This document shows, in pieces, positions 1-8,936 of a stretch of DNA of 64,000 bases (position 1 is its first letter; every line of letters begins with the position of its first letter). The notes under the pieces are model-generated. The model had not been told where the DNA came from. It ran no database searches and saw nothing but the letters and a program-made list of their open reading frames with translations. Source of the stretch: Patescibacteria group bacterium (lineage in GTDB: Bacteria > Patescibacteriota > Patescibacteriia > UM-FILTER-42-10); the NCBI GenBank assembly GCA_041666845.1, contig JBAYGC010000004.1:7965-71964 (forward strand), in the 5' to 3' direction. The translations under genes and the position numbers were made by a program.

Positions 1-537
1 TCATCCGCATCATTATTCCAAACACCGATACATGTATCCTGTTCTGCCGCATTGACGACTTTGGTTGTTCCACAACTTACAGGCACAATATCACCGTCTG
101 TTTTTTTTGTCAGCTCGGTATCAAAATCGCATTTCCTGGTTGCCTCCCCGCCAATCGTGAGATCATCAACAACCGGAATAACCAACGGCTGCAGTGAAAC
201 AATATTGGGGTTTATGAAATTTAAAATCATATAGGAAGTTAGCGCTAATACTAATCCAAATACTGCGCTCATTATTTGTTCCTTGGCACCGCTGATGATG
301 GAAGTATTACCGGCCGCGGTAATCCATTTGTATCCGGCAATAACCATCATTGCCGCCGCCAAAATCCCGGCTGAGGTGACAAAAAATTCATAAAAAATCC
401 TGATATACTCCCCCAAATCATCCACTGACTTCGTGTCCCCAATCGGGATATTCAGCGGTATCGGTGCGGCAGAAACGACCAGTGGGAAAAATATTATACC
501 CAATGAAACGATAAATATTTTGAGAAATGACTTATTC
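1..537 (-). CDS. Partial (5' complete, 3' beyond window) secreted/membrane protein; candidate VirB2/TrbC-like T4SS pilin subunit
   Basis: Manual translation of the minus strand from ATG (rc of 535-537) gives MNKSFLKIFIVSLGIIFFPLVVSAAPIP (signal peptide). Two hydrophobic helices follow, joined by a short polar loop (SAGILAAAMMVIAGYKWITAAGN ... SAVFGLVLALTSYMILNFI), which is the hallmark topology of VirB2/TrbC pilins. It lies at the distal end of the VirB3/VirB4 operon. The ORF continues past window position 1. Confidence 0.3.
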
Positions 538-563
538 ATAATACTATAGTCAATAATTTTGAA

Positions 564-1724
564 TTATCTTTTTCTTTTACCTTTACCAATTTGTTTTTCA
601 ACTTCATTAAGCTTTTTTTTACGTTCATTGTTCTCCCTGACCGCTTTTATCCAGACATATAGTACAGTGATCGACCAGGTTGGTACCAAATCAAGAGTTG
701 GAATTATTTCAATAAGAGCAGCGATCCATAATAGTAATTTGATTTTCCATGTACTTCTGAATAATAGAAATATTCTAAGTGTAATTACCAAGAATATATC
801 AACAGTCCAGTCAACCCATGATAACAAGCTGAGCGTCAAAATGTCAGTCGCATCTTTAATTACCGCAAACAATAACGCAATAAAATAAGTTGAATCGCGG
901 TGATTATTAATTTGCTGTCTTAATCTAATACCAGTCTTTAATGCTTCAACAATTGCTTTTGGAAGAGAACCGCTTTCAGCAACATTAGCCAGTGATTCTA
1001 GGTTATTTTTTGTGATTTCGAAAGCGCTATCTTTTTCCTTTTCATTTTTTGATTCATTTCTCTGCTCGTCCAGTTGTTGTTCAGTATCATTTTCCTCTCC
1101 TTCTGAAATATTCAGTGGCTGTTCATCACCCTCGCCATCCTCTTCGTTTTCATCTGAATTTTCTTGATCGGACGGAATATTATCCAAATTTCTTTGACCG
1201 CTCAATCCGTTGCTGTATTCAGGGATTATCTGACCTGTCCTGGCCGGATTGTTTTGTCTTCTAATCTTTGACCTTCGCATCAGCCGATTCGCTCTCGATT
1301 GCTGTTCTTCATTAATGTCTTCCGGTAAAGCATTAGCGGGTAATTCTTGCACAGGAGAACCGAGATTGACTATTCCACGCGATACCTGTCTTTTCTTTTG
1401 ATACTCCTTTTTTTTGTTATTCAGTTCTCTTTTCCTGTCTTTTTCCGTCACCGCCTCTCTTGTATCTCCTCCACCCACTTGAGGCAGATCAGGTACCATG
1501 TCAGACGACTGGTCAGTATCCCTGATAATTACTTTAATTTTCGTTCCACCGTCATCAGTCGGCTGCGTACTGGCTGAAAATCCTTCTGAAGAAGCGGTAG
1601 AAGCCCCTGGTTGATTTACTGGATTTTGTGAAGAACTTGCCCCAGCATCCGCTGATTGGTCAGCATTATCAGCATTTACTTTAATATTATTTTCAGTGTC
1701 TTTAACTGTCTCAGATCTTTCCAT
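564..1724 (-). CDS. Hypothetical protein with acidic low-complexity N-terminal half and C-terminal multi-TM region
   Basis: 386-aa ORF, co-directional and tightly spaced with the VirB4 operon. C-terminal hydrophobic helices (FIALLFAVIKDATDILTLSLLSWVDW..LLLWIAALIEIIPTLDLV). No recognisable catalytic motifs. Confidence 0.5.
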   Translation of the reverse strand: MERSETVKDTENNIKVNADNADQSADAGASSSQNPVNQPGASTASSEGFSASTQPTDDGGTKIKVIIRDTDQSSDMVPDLPQVGGGDTREAVTEKDRKRELNNKKKEYQKKRQVSRGIVNLGSPVQELPANALPEDINEEQQSRANRLMRRSKIRRQNNPARTGQIIPEYSNGLSGQRNLDNIPSDQENSDENEEDGEGDEQPLNISEGEENDTEQQLDEQRNESKNEKEKDSAFEITKNNLESLANVAESGSLPKAIVEALKTGIRLRQQINNHRDSTYFIALLFAVIKDATDILTLSLLSWVDWTVDIFLVITLRIFLLFRSTWKIKLLLWIAALIEIIPTLDLVPTWSITVLYVWIKAVRENNERKKKLNEVEKQIGKGKRKR

Positions 1725-1747
1725 TTTTTTACACTAGATTAACTTAA

Positions 1748-2377
1748 TTACAGCCAGTCTGCCTCATTGACCTTCCATTCATTATTTTCTAAAATAAATT
1801 TCAATTTTATATTCTGGTAAATTATTTCTGAATCCTCATTTAATTTTGTCTGATTCCGTTGTGTCGATACTGTGAACTCCGCCTTGCCGGCGTCTTCATT
1901 TATCAAATCAGTCGTAATACTGAGCGCCCTAGTGGTTACGCCGTAATACGCGTCATCAGGGCTGGTTTTTGCCTGTTGCTCTGCCACATAATTTTCCGCC
2001 CACTTTTTTAAACTGGTCGACATGTATATTCCAAGCTTTGTAATATTCTCAAAGTTGCTGTCGGAAGAATAACTGCCGAATCTCTCGGCAAAGTTCCGCG
2101 CAATCGGCTTCAACAACGTTTCTACGCTGGCGTTAACGTCTGAAGTTGGGCTGTTTGTATTGGAAGGTGCGCTGTTTGAATTGGCATTACCGTTCGTATT
2201 TACAGCTTGGTTAGTATTAGCATTACTATTGGTTGTTGCGTTGATGTTTGTTGCCGAGTTGGTATTTGTCCCGTCTATGCGCTCTTTGGTAAAATAGACA
2301 ACGGCAAATATGACAATAGTAGCCACTATAATTAGTGACATTAATACAATTAACACTAATTTTAACTTTTTATTCAT
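1748..2377 (-). CDS. Membrane-anchored protein (N-terminal TM, N/T-rich linker, ~110-aa C-terminal globular domain); possible VirB8-like component
   Basis: 209-aa ORF immediately downstream of VirB4. N-terminal TM (LVLIVLMSLIIVATIVIFAVVYF) followed by an Asn/Thr-rich spacer. The VirB8-like assignment is inference from position and topology only. Confidence 0.45.
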   Translation of the reverse strand: MNKKLKLVLIVLMSLIIVATIVIFAVVYFTKERIDGTNTNSATNINATTNSNANTNQAVNTNGNANSNSAPSNTNSPTSDVNASVETLLKPIARNFAERFGSYSSDSNFENITKLGIYMSTSLKKWAENYVAEQQAKTSPDDAYYGVTTRALSITTDLINEDAGKAEFTVSTQRNQTKLNEDSEIIYQNIKLKFILENNEWKVNEADWL

Positions 2378-2396
2378 ACGGGTATTGATTTAAAAA

Positions 2397-4292
2397 TTAT
2401 GATTCTGTTTGGTTTGCCATTTCCGCTTCAAACTCTTTTTTGGCATCTTCAATTTCCAGAAGCTGACGCGGATCGGATGTAATCAGCTGGTCTTCAGTAT
2501 ATGAAGCGACAATTTTTATTGCTGCGTGTTTTGCGCCCGCAAAAAATATACCTTCGCCTAAACCTGATTCAATCAATAAATATTTTTCTCCTTCCGTCAG
2601 CATAAAAGTGTTTACCAGGAGATCAATGCCGGCCGGTGATTGTTTCAACAGAAGCTGCAGAGATGAGTTGGTAACAATCGCCTGCCCATACGGAGAGCGC
2701 AAAAAGTCATTAACATCCTGCGTGATTGTCGTGACTCCGAGGTAGTACTTACGGCAGCGTTTTACCAGCGCATAAATAAACTTCGCCGAATCTTCATTCT
2801 GCATCAGCCACCAGGCTTCATCAATAACCAGCACCCTTTTTTTCACTTCGGAACGGACAATATTCCAGATATAGTTAATAATCGTGTAGATTCCGATCGG
2901 TCGCAACTCATCCTCCAAATCGCGGACGCTGAATACCACTAGCTGATTCTGTGTATCAATATTGGTCGGGCTGTTAAACAACCCGGCAAACGTACCTTTG
3001 GTATATTTTTTCAATCTTTCCGACAAATCCGCTCCGCCTTCCATGCCCAATAATATGTCTTCAAAATCCTGCATGATCGGCGCCTCAATCTTGGTCAAAT
3101 CCGATTCTGCGGATATATCCTTCTTCGCATAGGTTTCGATCAAAGCACGGTCTACTAATGAGTCTTCAGCATGTGTCAGATCACCGAGCATTAACCGCAC
3201 CAAACCTTTAAGGGTAATTACCGCCGAACGAATGATATCCGCCGGTTTATCCCTGCCCGAAACCGGACGTGGCAGGTCAAACGGATTAATCTTGCTTTCG
3301 GAGTTCAATGAGATATCAATATAAGCACCGCCTACTGCATCGCTTAAATGTTTATACTCCATTTCCGGATCGATAATAATAACCTCCGTACCAAGCATTA
3401 AGCTTCTGAGTACCTCCAGTTTAACCGCGTAGCTTTTTCCGGCACCGGAAGTGGCAAATACGACCGTATTGGCGTTTTGCAGACTGAAGCGATCAAACAG
3501 GATTAAACTATTATTATGTCGATTGACACCGTACAAGATGCCATTGTCTGATGTAAGTTCGGAAGAAATGAAAGGAAAGGATGAGGCACAAGGGGATGTA
3601 TTCATATTAAATGTGATATACAACTCGTCATTACCGATCGGCAAAGTTGAATTGAACCCCTGTTCCGACTGGAACAAAACGCGCTTGGAATAAACAAGTT
3701 TGGAACCGAAGATGGACTCGATCCTTTCCGTAATCCTGTCGAGTTCCTTTGTATCGTCCGCATAGGCAGATATATATAAAGCATATTGAAAGAATTTTTC
3801 CGTGCCTTGGGTTATTTCATCCCGGAGCATTTCAATATCTTTCAATGCAGTCTCTCTTAGGGGATCACGCGGAGCGCCTTTTTCCGCATCAGAAAGTATC
3901 TGCGCTTCCAGGGCACCGACTTTGTTCTTTAACTGTTTCAGGATTGCCTCGGGTTTTACCGGGTAAAAATACATGGCGATATCCATCGGAATATTCAGAT
4001 TGATCACCGGAGCAAACCAGCCAACGCTGATATATCTGGGGTAAGTAACTACAAAGACAGTACTGACAAATTTGGTGCCGAGCTGGACATAACGCGCATC
4101 AACCTTAAACGCTGAAGGGGCTATTAAATCACGGACTGAAACCACACCGCGCTGGAAAGACCTTTCCGCTTCAAGAATTTCTTTTTCTTCCTGAGCGAGT
4201 GTCCTTTCGCGTTCAGCTTGCTTCAAGGAAGACGCTTCCTTTTTTGCCTCTTCTTCGTCTTTGATATCCGCCTTTTTGAATAGTTGAACCAT
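2397..4292 (-). CDS. virB4: VirB4/TrbE/CagE-family T4SS ATPase, C-terminal ATPase portion
   Basis: Walker A (VVFATSGAGKSY), Walker B-like (RVLVIDEAWWLM), and the FVVTYPRY / LIAPS motifs typical of VirB4/TraE-PrgJ family. 631 aa. Confidence 0.85.
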   Translation of the reverse strand: MVQLFKKADIKDEEEAKKEASSLKQAERERTLAQEEKEILEAERSFQRGVVSVRDLIAPSAFKVDARYVQLGTKFVSTVFVVTYPRYISVGWFAPVINLNIPMDIAMYFYPVKPEAILKQLKNKVGALEAQILSDAEKGAPRDPLRETALKDIEMLRDEITQGTEKFFQYALYISAYADDTKELDRITERIESIFGSKLVYSKRVLFQSEQGFNSTLPIGNDELYITFNMNTSPCASSFPFISSELTSDNGILYGVNRHNNSLILFDRFSLQNANTVVFATSGAGKSYAVKLEVLRSLMLGTEVIIIDPEMEYKHLSDAVGGAYIDISLNSESKINPFDLPRPVSGRDKPADIIRSAVITLKGLVRLMLGDLTHAEDSLVDRALIETYAKKDISAESDLTKIEAPIMQDFEDILLGMEGGADLSERLKKYTKGTFAGLFNSPTNIDTQNQLVVFSVRDLEDELRPIGIYTIINYIWNIVRSEVKKRVLVIDEAWWLMQNEDSAKFIYALVKRCRKYYLGVTTITQDVNDFLRSPYGQAIVTNSSLQLLLKQSPAGIDLLVNTFMLTEGEKYLLIESGLGEGIFFAGAKHAAIKIVASYTEDQLITSDPRQLLEIEDAKKEFEAEMANQTES

Positions 4293-4303
4293 ATTTTTCC
4301 TTT

Positions 4304-5017
4304 TTATTTTTTATCGTCCTCTTCCATTGAACTAGAATCTTCTTCCACCTGAAGCTTATCCAAATCAACTAACTGCTCCTGGCTAAAAACTTCTGGATTA
4401 TATGTATTGTAGAAAAGCTCTATGATACTCTGGGTATCCAGCTGTACGGATTTCAATCCGATTGAAGATAGACCGTCAGTCACATAATCCACCCTTTTGA
4501 ACAGTTCGGTCCGATATTTATCAAACTTTTTACGTTTTAAATGAATGACTGATGTTGGTGATAATACCTCCTTCAATCTGGCAAAATATTTTTTTTGTTT
4601 ATCCGAAATCGGTGAATATGGAACAATAACATAAAATCTCTTGCTCATAATATCCGCGATCTCCACCAGCTCTTTAATGTATTGCTGATACTCCGCCGTC
4701 TGCATCCTGAGCAGTTCATTGGACTGCTCTTTTTCTACTTTCTTCAGCCGGTCCAGGTATTCTTCAATATTCAATTTCCTGGATTGAATTACAATTTGAA
4801 TGGAAAAATCAAACGAATTAAGAAACTGGGTATAGCCCTGAATAACAGCCACCTGCTCATCTTCCGATTTCAATGCGAAATTGATAGAAGAAACCAAAAT
4901 AATCGCCCTTAGGGTTCCATCTTTCATCGCAACTACGTTATCTTTAATCTCCAAAATATCGAGATGACTCTGTGTGGAAGCTTTTGGTTTTTGTCCTGCT
5001 AGCTGGTTAGAATGCAT
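4304..5017 (-). CDS. VirB4 N-terminal (CagE_TrbE_VirB-type) domain encoded as a separate ORF (split VirB4)
   Basis: 237 aa. The motif DGTLRAIILVSSINFALKSEDEQVAVIQGYTQFLNSFDFSIQIVIQSRKLN resembles the VirB4 N-terminal domain. Stops 12 nt upstream of the ATPase ORF in a different frame. The downstream ORF has its own AAGGA ribosome-binding site 6 nt before ATG, so it appears to be a genuine two-ORF arrangement rather than an obvious frameshift. Confidence 0.55.
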   Translation of the reverse strand: MHSNQLAGQKPKASTQSHLDILEIKDNVVAMKDGTLRAIILVSSINFALKSEDEQVAVIQGYTQFLNSFDFSIQIVIQSRKLNIEEYLDRLKKVEKEQSNELLRMQTAEYQQYIKELVEIADIMSKRFYVIVPYSPISDKQKKYFARLKEVLSPTSVIHLKRKKFDKYRTELFKRVDYVTDGLSSIGLKSVQLDTQSIIELFYNTYNPEVFSQEQLVDLDKLQVEEDSSSMEEDDKK

Positions 5018-5037
5018 ATTTGTTTTATTATTTAAGC

Positions 5038-5475
5038 TTAAAAAACGCTGTCCTCATCTTCTTCTTTAAACGCCCCGCCGGTATCAACCACTAGGGATAA
5101 GCGGGTCAATTTTGAATTCGTTACAACCATCTTAGGCGGAACAACCGCTACGGTTTTGATCGGACCTTTATGAACAGATAACCCCTTTTCTTGGACTACT
5201 GTTTTATTCCAAATCTTAATTTTCGGTTTTCTGATAGTGTATACAATATTCAAAATAAAATAGTGGAACGCTTGTCCGTTAATTCTCGCGAAGGCAACAA
5301 TACCGGCAAATCCAAACGTGAATAAAGCAATAAATATAAACAGTACAAAACCGAAAATCTTATATTCGATGAAGATAATACCAAACGCAATCAGGAAAAT
5401 TACAAACTGTCTGACCGAAATAGGTCCGATGATTTTGTCCTCAACTTCGATAAACTGTGGCACCACAAAACGCAT
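5038..5475 (-). CDS. Small double-TM protein, VirB3/PrgI-like candidate
   Basis: 145 aa. Two adjacent TM helices (VIFLIAFGIIFIEYKIFGFVLFIFIALFTFGFAGIVAFA) and a position immediately upstream of VirB4 match the canonical VirB3-VirB4 order. Confidence 0.4.
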   Translation of the reverse strand: MRFVVPQFIEVEDKIIGPISVRQFVIFLIAFGIIFIEYKIFGFVLFIFIALFTFGFAGIVAFARINGQAFHYFILNIVYTIRKPKIKIWNKTVVQEKGLSVHKGPIKTVAVVPPKMVVTNSKLTRLSLVVDTGGAFKEEDEDSVF

Positions 5476-5480
5476 ATAGG

Positions 5481-6875
5481 CTAAAATCTTAATTGCTTAT
5501 TTAAATCACCCACCGCTTCAAATTCTTCATCCGTCAAATATGAACGGCCGTCTATTTTTCTGCTGGAAATCACTTCCTGTACCGACTTTCCTTTGTTCAT
5601 GCCCTCATTGCCGATATCAAGATAGATTTGATAGATTTCCGATTTTTTCCACGCCTGGATCGCTTCTGATTTCTTGGTAAATGATTCCTCCTCCAGTAAA
5701 TCAACCTTCTCCTTTATCTTTTCTATCGCCTGGTGGGGATTTCCTCCTAAGCGACGAAAATCAACCAAATTCAAACTTCTGATTTCCTCAATCGGCCCCA
5801 TCAATCTTGTTGGTGTTTTAATATCTACAATCTTCGGCCGGGCATCAAATTCCGGCAATGGCCGCTGGATTCTCGGCAGGATCGGAATTCTTCTTTCTAC
5901 CACAGGGACAACCGGAGTAACCGGCTGGCTAGATTTTGTTTTTATTTCATTTTCCAGTTCACTTTTATTTTGCTGATGTAAATTGAGCACCGCTTTTTTT
6001 ATCTGTTCATTGGCAACTGCTTTTCTCATCCTCTCCTGCTGCTCTTTCTCTTTTTCCGCCTCCTGCATTTTCATCCTTTGCCTCATTTCGATTTTCTTAA
6101 TCTCCCCTTCATCATGAAAACTCATTGCTTTTTCCGCAGTTATTTTTACTATCTGTTCAACTGTTGCCGGATCAAGTTCCAAACCACCGACTTTTTTTGA
6201 ACGAACCAACAATTCTCTCAGCTGAACGGATGTCCGGATATCCCGCAAACGCGATGTAATAAGACTTTCAAATCTTTTTTGCATCAGCTCATCGGAAAAA
6301 CTGACCCCAGCCTGAACTGCAATTTCTTTAACAACCGTACCATAATCAATCGCCCTGGCGGCTGATGATACTTCTTCGTTATGCATCCTTTTTACCTCTT
6401 CCTCATCCTCGACATCAAAGTAGAAACTGGCATTTACCCCTTTACCAGGGATCATTCTGCTGGCTAGCCCGGGCTTTAATTGGGAAGCCGTAATCTGCTG
6501 GACACCCTCTTGCTTTTCAGAAGCTGGTATGACCATCTTTACGTTCACCGGTTCTTGTTTTGGGACTGCCTGGGAAAAAGGAGCAGATTTCACCGTAGAA
6601 ATTGGAATTTTTTTTGTTGCTAATTGGGCAACCGCCTTTTGGATAACAGAAGGATCTATCGCGGCCGGCTTCGGGACACGGGCAGTATTTACCGGAGCAA
6701 CAACTGTATTTTCTTCGCCTAATAGTTTAGCACCATTAACATAGCTGAACTGACCTTTTTGGTCCTTAATCAAAATCCTGGCGCCTTTTAATATTTCCTT
6801 TTCCTCATTATCCTTTTTGCCGCTCGCAACATTCAAAGATATTGAGGGGTTACTTTTGTTTTTTTGATCCTCCAT
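5481..6875 (-). CDS. Hypothetical coiled-coil/charged protein, first structural gene of the T4SS-like operon
   Basis: 464-aa ORF. K/E-rich coiled-coil segment (MRQRMKMQEAEKEKEQQERMRKAVANEQIKK). Its start lies 1 nt downstream of the stop of the PPDK_N gene (…TAA A ATG…), indicating translational coupling. Confidence 0.5.
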   Translation of the reverse strand: MEDQKNKSNPSISLNVASGKKDNEEKEILKGARILIKDQKGQFSYVNGAKLLGEENTVVAPVNTARVPKPAAIDPSVIQKAVAQLATKKIPISTVKSAPFSQAVPKQEPVNVKMVIPASEKQEGVQQITASQLKPGLASRMIPGKGVNASFYFDVEDEEEVKRMHNEEVSSAARAIDYGTVVKEIAVQAGVSFSDELMQKRFESLITSRLRDIRTSVQLRELLVRSKKVGGLELDPATVEQIVKITAEKAMSFHDEGEIKKIEMRQRMKMQEAEKEKEQQERMRKAVANEQIKKAVLNLHQQNKSELENEIKTKSSQPVTPVVPVVERRIPILPRIQRPLPEFDARPKIVDIKTPTRLMGPIEEIRSLNLVDFRRLGGNPHQAIEKIKEKVDLLEEESFTKKSEAIQAWKKSEIYQIYLDIGNEGMNKGKSVQEVISSRKIDGRSYLTDEEFEAVGDLNKQLRF

Positions 6876-6876
6876 T

Positions 6877-7824
6877 TTATTTCAGTGTTGTTATTGGTCT
6901 TGACTGCGTAATATATATTTTATTTTTTTCTATCGCCCATTCAATATCCTGCGGATGCCGATAATGCTTTTCAATTGCTTCACAAACTGTTGCCAGCTTG
7001 ACGATTTGTTTGCCCGTAAGTTTCTGCCGCTCTTGTATTGCCTTTGGCACCTTAACTTTTTTTATTCCCTTAGTTCCGGCCTGGACAATCATTTCTTTTT
7101 GCTCGGAAATATTGACATCCAGGATTGCTTTCTCTTTTTTATCAAATACATACGTATCCGGTGTAATCTGTCCTGAAACTATCGCTTCACCTTGGCCATA
7201 ACCCGCTTCAATCACCATTTGATTCCGGTCATTAGTTACCGGATGGGCCGTAAAGGTGACACCGGACACTTCGGAATTAACCATTTTTTGCACCACCACC
7301 CCCACACTGACTTTGGTTTTATGCAGTTTCTTTTCAAAACGATAGAATATAGCACGCGGAGTAAATAATGAAGACCAGCATTTGCGCACAGCATCAGTCA
7401 AATTGGCACAAGTTACAAACAAATATGTTTCCAATTCCCCTGCCCAGGAAGCCACTGAGGAATCCTCTGCCGTTGCTGAGGAACGGACAGCAACGTATTT
7501 GGTCTTCAATTTGTTAAAGGATGTTATAACTTCCTTTGTAATATCTTCGGGAACGGTGAAATCATGAATCAAGTCCCGAATAGTATTGGATACCCGATCC
7601 ACACTGTTAATGTCATTCAGATTGACTTTCTTTAACAGTGCATCTATCTCAACATCCAGATCGGTTTCCGCTAAGAAACGCTCAAAAGTGCTGGAAAGTA
7701 TTACAAATCCAGGCGGAACTGGCATTTTTACCCTGGTCATCTCCCCCAGTTGTGCGCCTTTCCCTCCTGCTTCCGCTACACTCTTTCTATTTAATTGCGA
7801 AAAAGTTTTGGTAAATTTTGCCAT
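6877..7824 (-). CDS. Standalone PPDK_N-type ATP-grasp nucleotide-binding domain protein (PEP synthase / pyruvate-phosphate-dikinase / rifampin-phosphotransferase N-terminal domain only)
   Basis: 315 aa. Motifs GGKGAQLGEM, VAVRSSATAEDS, ASWAGELETY, FTPRAIFYR, VSVGVVVQKMV and DIEWAIE are diagnostic of Pfam PPDK_N. It has no swivel or PEP-binding domains. Confidence 0.8.
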   Translation of the reverse strand: MAKFTKTFSQLNRKSVAEAGGKGAQLGEMTRVKMPVPPGFVILSSTFERFLAETDLDVEIDALLKKVNLNDINSVDRVSNTIRDLIHDFTVPEDITKEVITSFNKLKTKYVAVRSSATAEDSSVASWAGELETYLFVTCANLTDAVRKCWSSLFTPRAIFYRFEKKLHKTKVSVGVVVQKMVNSEVSGVTFTAHPVTNDRNQMVIEAGYGQGEAIVSGQITPDTYVFDKKEKAILDVNISEQKEMIVQAGTKGIKKVKVPKAIQERQKLTGKQIVKLATVCEAIEKHYRHPQDIEWAIEKNKIYITQSRPITTLK

Positions 7825-7837
7825 GAAAAATCTTTTA

Positions 7838-7866
7838 TATTATAGCATAACTCATAATAATTCACA
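7838..7866 (-). promoter_or_regulatory. Candidate sigma70 promoter for the PPDK_N/T4SS operon (TTGTGA-17-TATAAT on minus strand)
   Basis: The reverse complement reads ttgtgaattattatgagttatgctataat, about 14 nt before the ATG at 7824. Confidence 0.35.
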
Positions 7867-7958
7867 ACATTACATACAGGCGCAATTACACCCCGCCTGC
7901 CTACGACCGAAGCCGTAGGCTACTGGCGGGCAGGAATCGCGCCTGTTCCCTGGCCATT

Positions 7959-7986
7959 GACCCCGTTAGAGCATTTGCTCTAACGG
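7959..7986. promoter_or_regulatory. Perfect 13-bp inverted repeat with 2-nt loop (ccccgttagagca tt tgctctaacgggg) abutting the -35 box; candidate operator or insulating hairpin
   Basis: Seen directly in the sequence. It is absent from the otherwise homologous copy-2 promoter region, where the flanking sequence ccattgac | ttgacaaat is contiguous. It is flanked by a TTGAC direct repeat. Confidence 0.5.
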
Positions 7987-8015
7987 GGTTGACAAATCTA
8001 CAAAAAAGGTATATA
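7987..8015 (+). promoter_or_regulatory. Consensus sigma70 promoter (TTGACA-17-TATAAT) driving GC-rich cassette 1
   Basis: TTGACA at 7987-7992, a 17-nt spacer, and TATAAT at 8010-8015. The ~190-nt conserved leader follows. Confidence 0.7.
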
Positions 8016-8213
8016 ATCCTGTGTTAATTAACCTACTAAAAGCAGGTCTAAGGCAGGCAGTTTTATTGGATTGCGTTAGTCAAATAAAATAGCGTGCTTT
8101 TGCACATGATTGCCCATTCGAAAACAATTGAGGAGTAATCCTCATAACAATACATTCACTACGTGAAGACGTGGTGAAGCAGGAGTATCCACTCCCCAGC
8201 CAAGGAGTTCGTG

Positions 8214-8867
8214 ATGGAACAGTTAGTTTCGCAGATCCTGGCCTGGATCCCCGTAGGTGCCACCCGCGTCTCTCTGCTCGGCCGGCATTCGCTGTCCGTG
8301 CAGATCGGACCGAACGATTCCCGCACGCTCTCGCCCAAGGGCATCAAGCTCTGCCACGAGGTGAGCGACTTCTACAACCGACTCGTCCGCGAACTGGAAA
8401 TACGCTTCGGTGGCAGTGCTGTTTGTTTCCGGTCCGAGATGGCGCGTTCGTTCTCGACCGTCTGGGAGATCTTGAATCCCGACCACATCATCTGCGACCC
8501 GCGCCTCAACCTGCTGGCCAGCCTGAAGAAGATCCAGGGTGGCGAATGGTACAGGAGACGGAAGATCGCTGGAAGATCCGACGTGGCGATCATTTCCGAT
8601 TTTCTAGCGGCCGATCTCAGTGTCGGCGAAGACCAGCCGTTCGGAGAAAATGCCTTGAACTATCGGGAGTGGGCTACCGAACTGGATAATGACACCCGCG
8701 TACGAATCACCTTCGCACACGAGGTGGCCTGTTCCCTGGCGGCCCACCCTTATCTCGACTCCGATGTCGAACCCGGCCTGTCCGAATGCCAGGCTTACCT
8801 GTTCTGTGTGGACGACGCGGGCAATGTCCTACACGTGATCAAGGTCACCCCTCCGGCTACCCTGTAG
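8214..8867 (+). CDS. GC-rich (~62% GC) ORF of unknown function, cassette paralog 1 (217 aa)
   Basis: AAGGAG ribosome-binding site at 8202-8207, 6 nt before ATG at 8214. Homologous along its whole length to 12600..13247, and the changes between the copies are mostly synonymous third-position changes, so it is protein-coding in this frame. The C-terminal 50 aa are identical to the paralog (VAFAHEVACSLAAHPYLDSDVEPGLSECQAYLFCVDD.GNVL.VIKVTPPATL). No recognisable family. The ORF-track start at 8211 is a GTG; the ATG at 8214 is preferred. Confidence 0.7.
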   Translation: MEQLVSQILAWIPVGATRVSLLGRHSLSVQIGPNDSRTLSPKGIKLCHEVSDFYNRLVRELEIRFGGSAVCFRSEMARSFSTVWEILNPDHIICDPRLNLLASLKKIQGGEWYRRRKIAGRSDVAIISDFLAADLSVGEDQPFGENALNYREWATELDNDTRVRITFAHEVACSLAAHPYLDSDVEPGLSECQAYLFCVDDAGNVLHVIKVTPPATL

Positions 8868-8896
8868 CCAACTCGCTCATTCCTCGCTTTTCGAAA

Positions 8897-8936
8897 GGTT
8901 CCCATTCACTCTCACGAATGCTCGGAGCCTTTTTTC
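8897..8936 (+). terminator. Rho-independent terminator of cassette 1 (nested stem ggttcc…ggagcc + T6), identical in cassette 2
   Basis: The outer stem ggttcc/ggagcc encloses the hairpin cattc-actctcac-gaatg and is followed by tttttt. It is 100% identical at 13277-13316. Confidence 0.6.

Noticed and set aside
7868-7958. Possible tRNA or tRNA fragment in the GC-rich structured element upstream of cassette 1 (…gggcaggaatcgcgcc…)
   Set aside because: The reverse complement lacks a canonical T-loop (CGCGATT instead of TTCRANY) and no cloverleaf can be drawn. It is treated as regulatory hairpins instead.
8171-8689. Alternative-frame/antisense ORFs inside GC-rich cassette 1 (8171-8689 +, 8223-8486 -, 8372-8593 -, 8159-8347 -)
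   Set aside because: They are Arg/Pro-rich artefacts of 62% GC DNA. Only the 8214-8867 frame is conserved at protein level with the paralog and has an SD.
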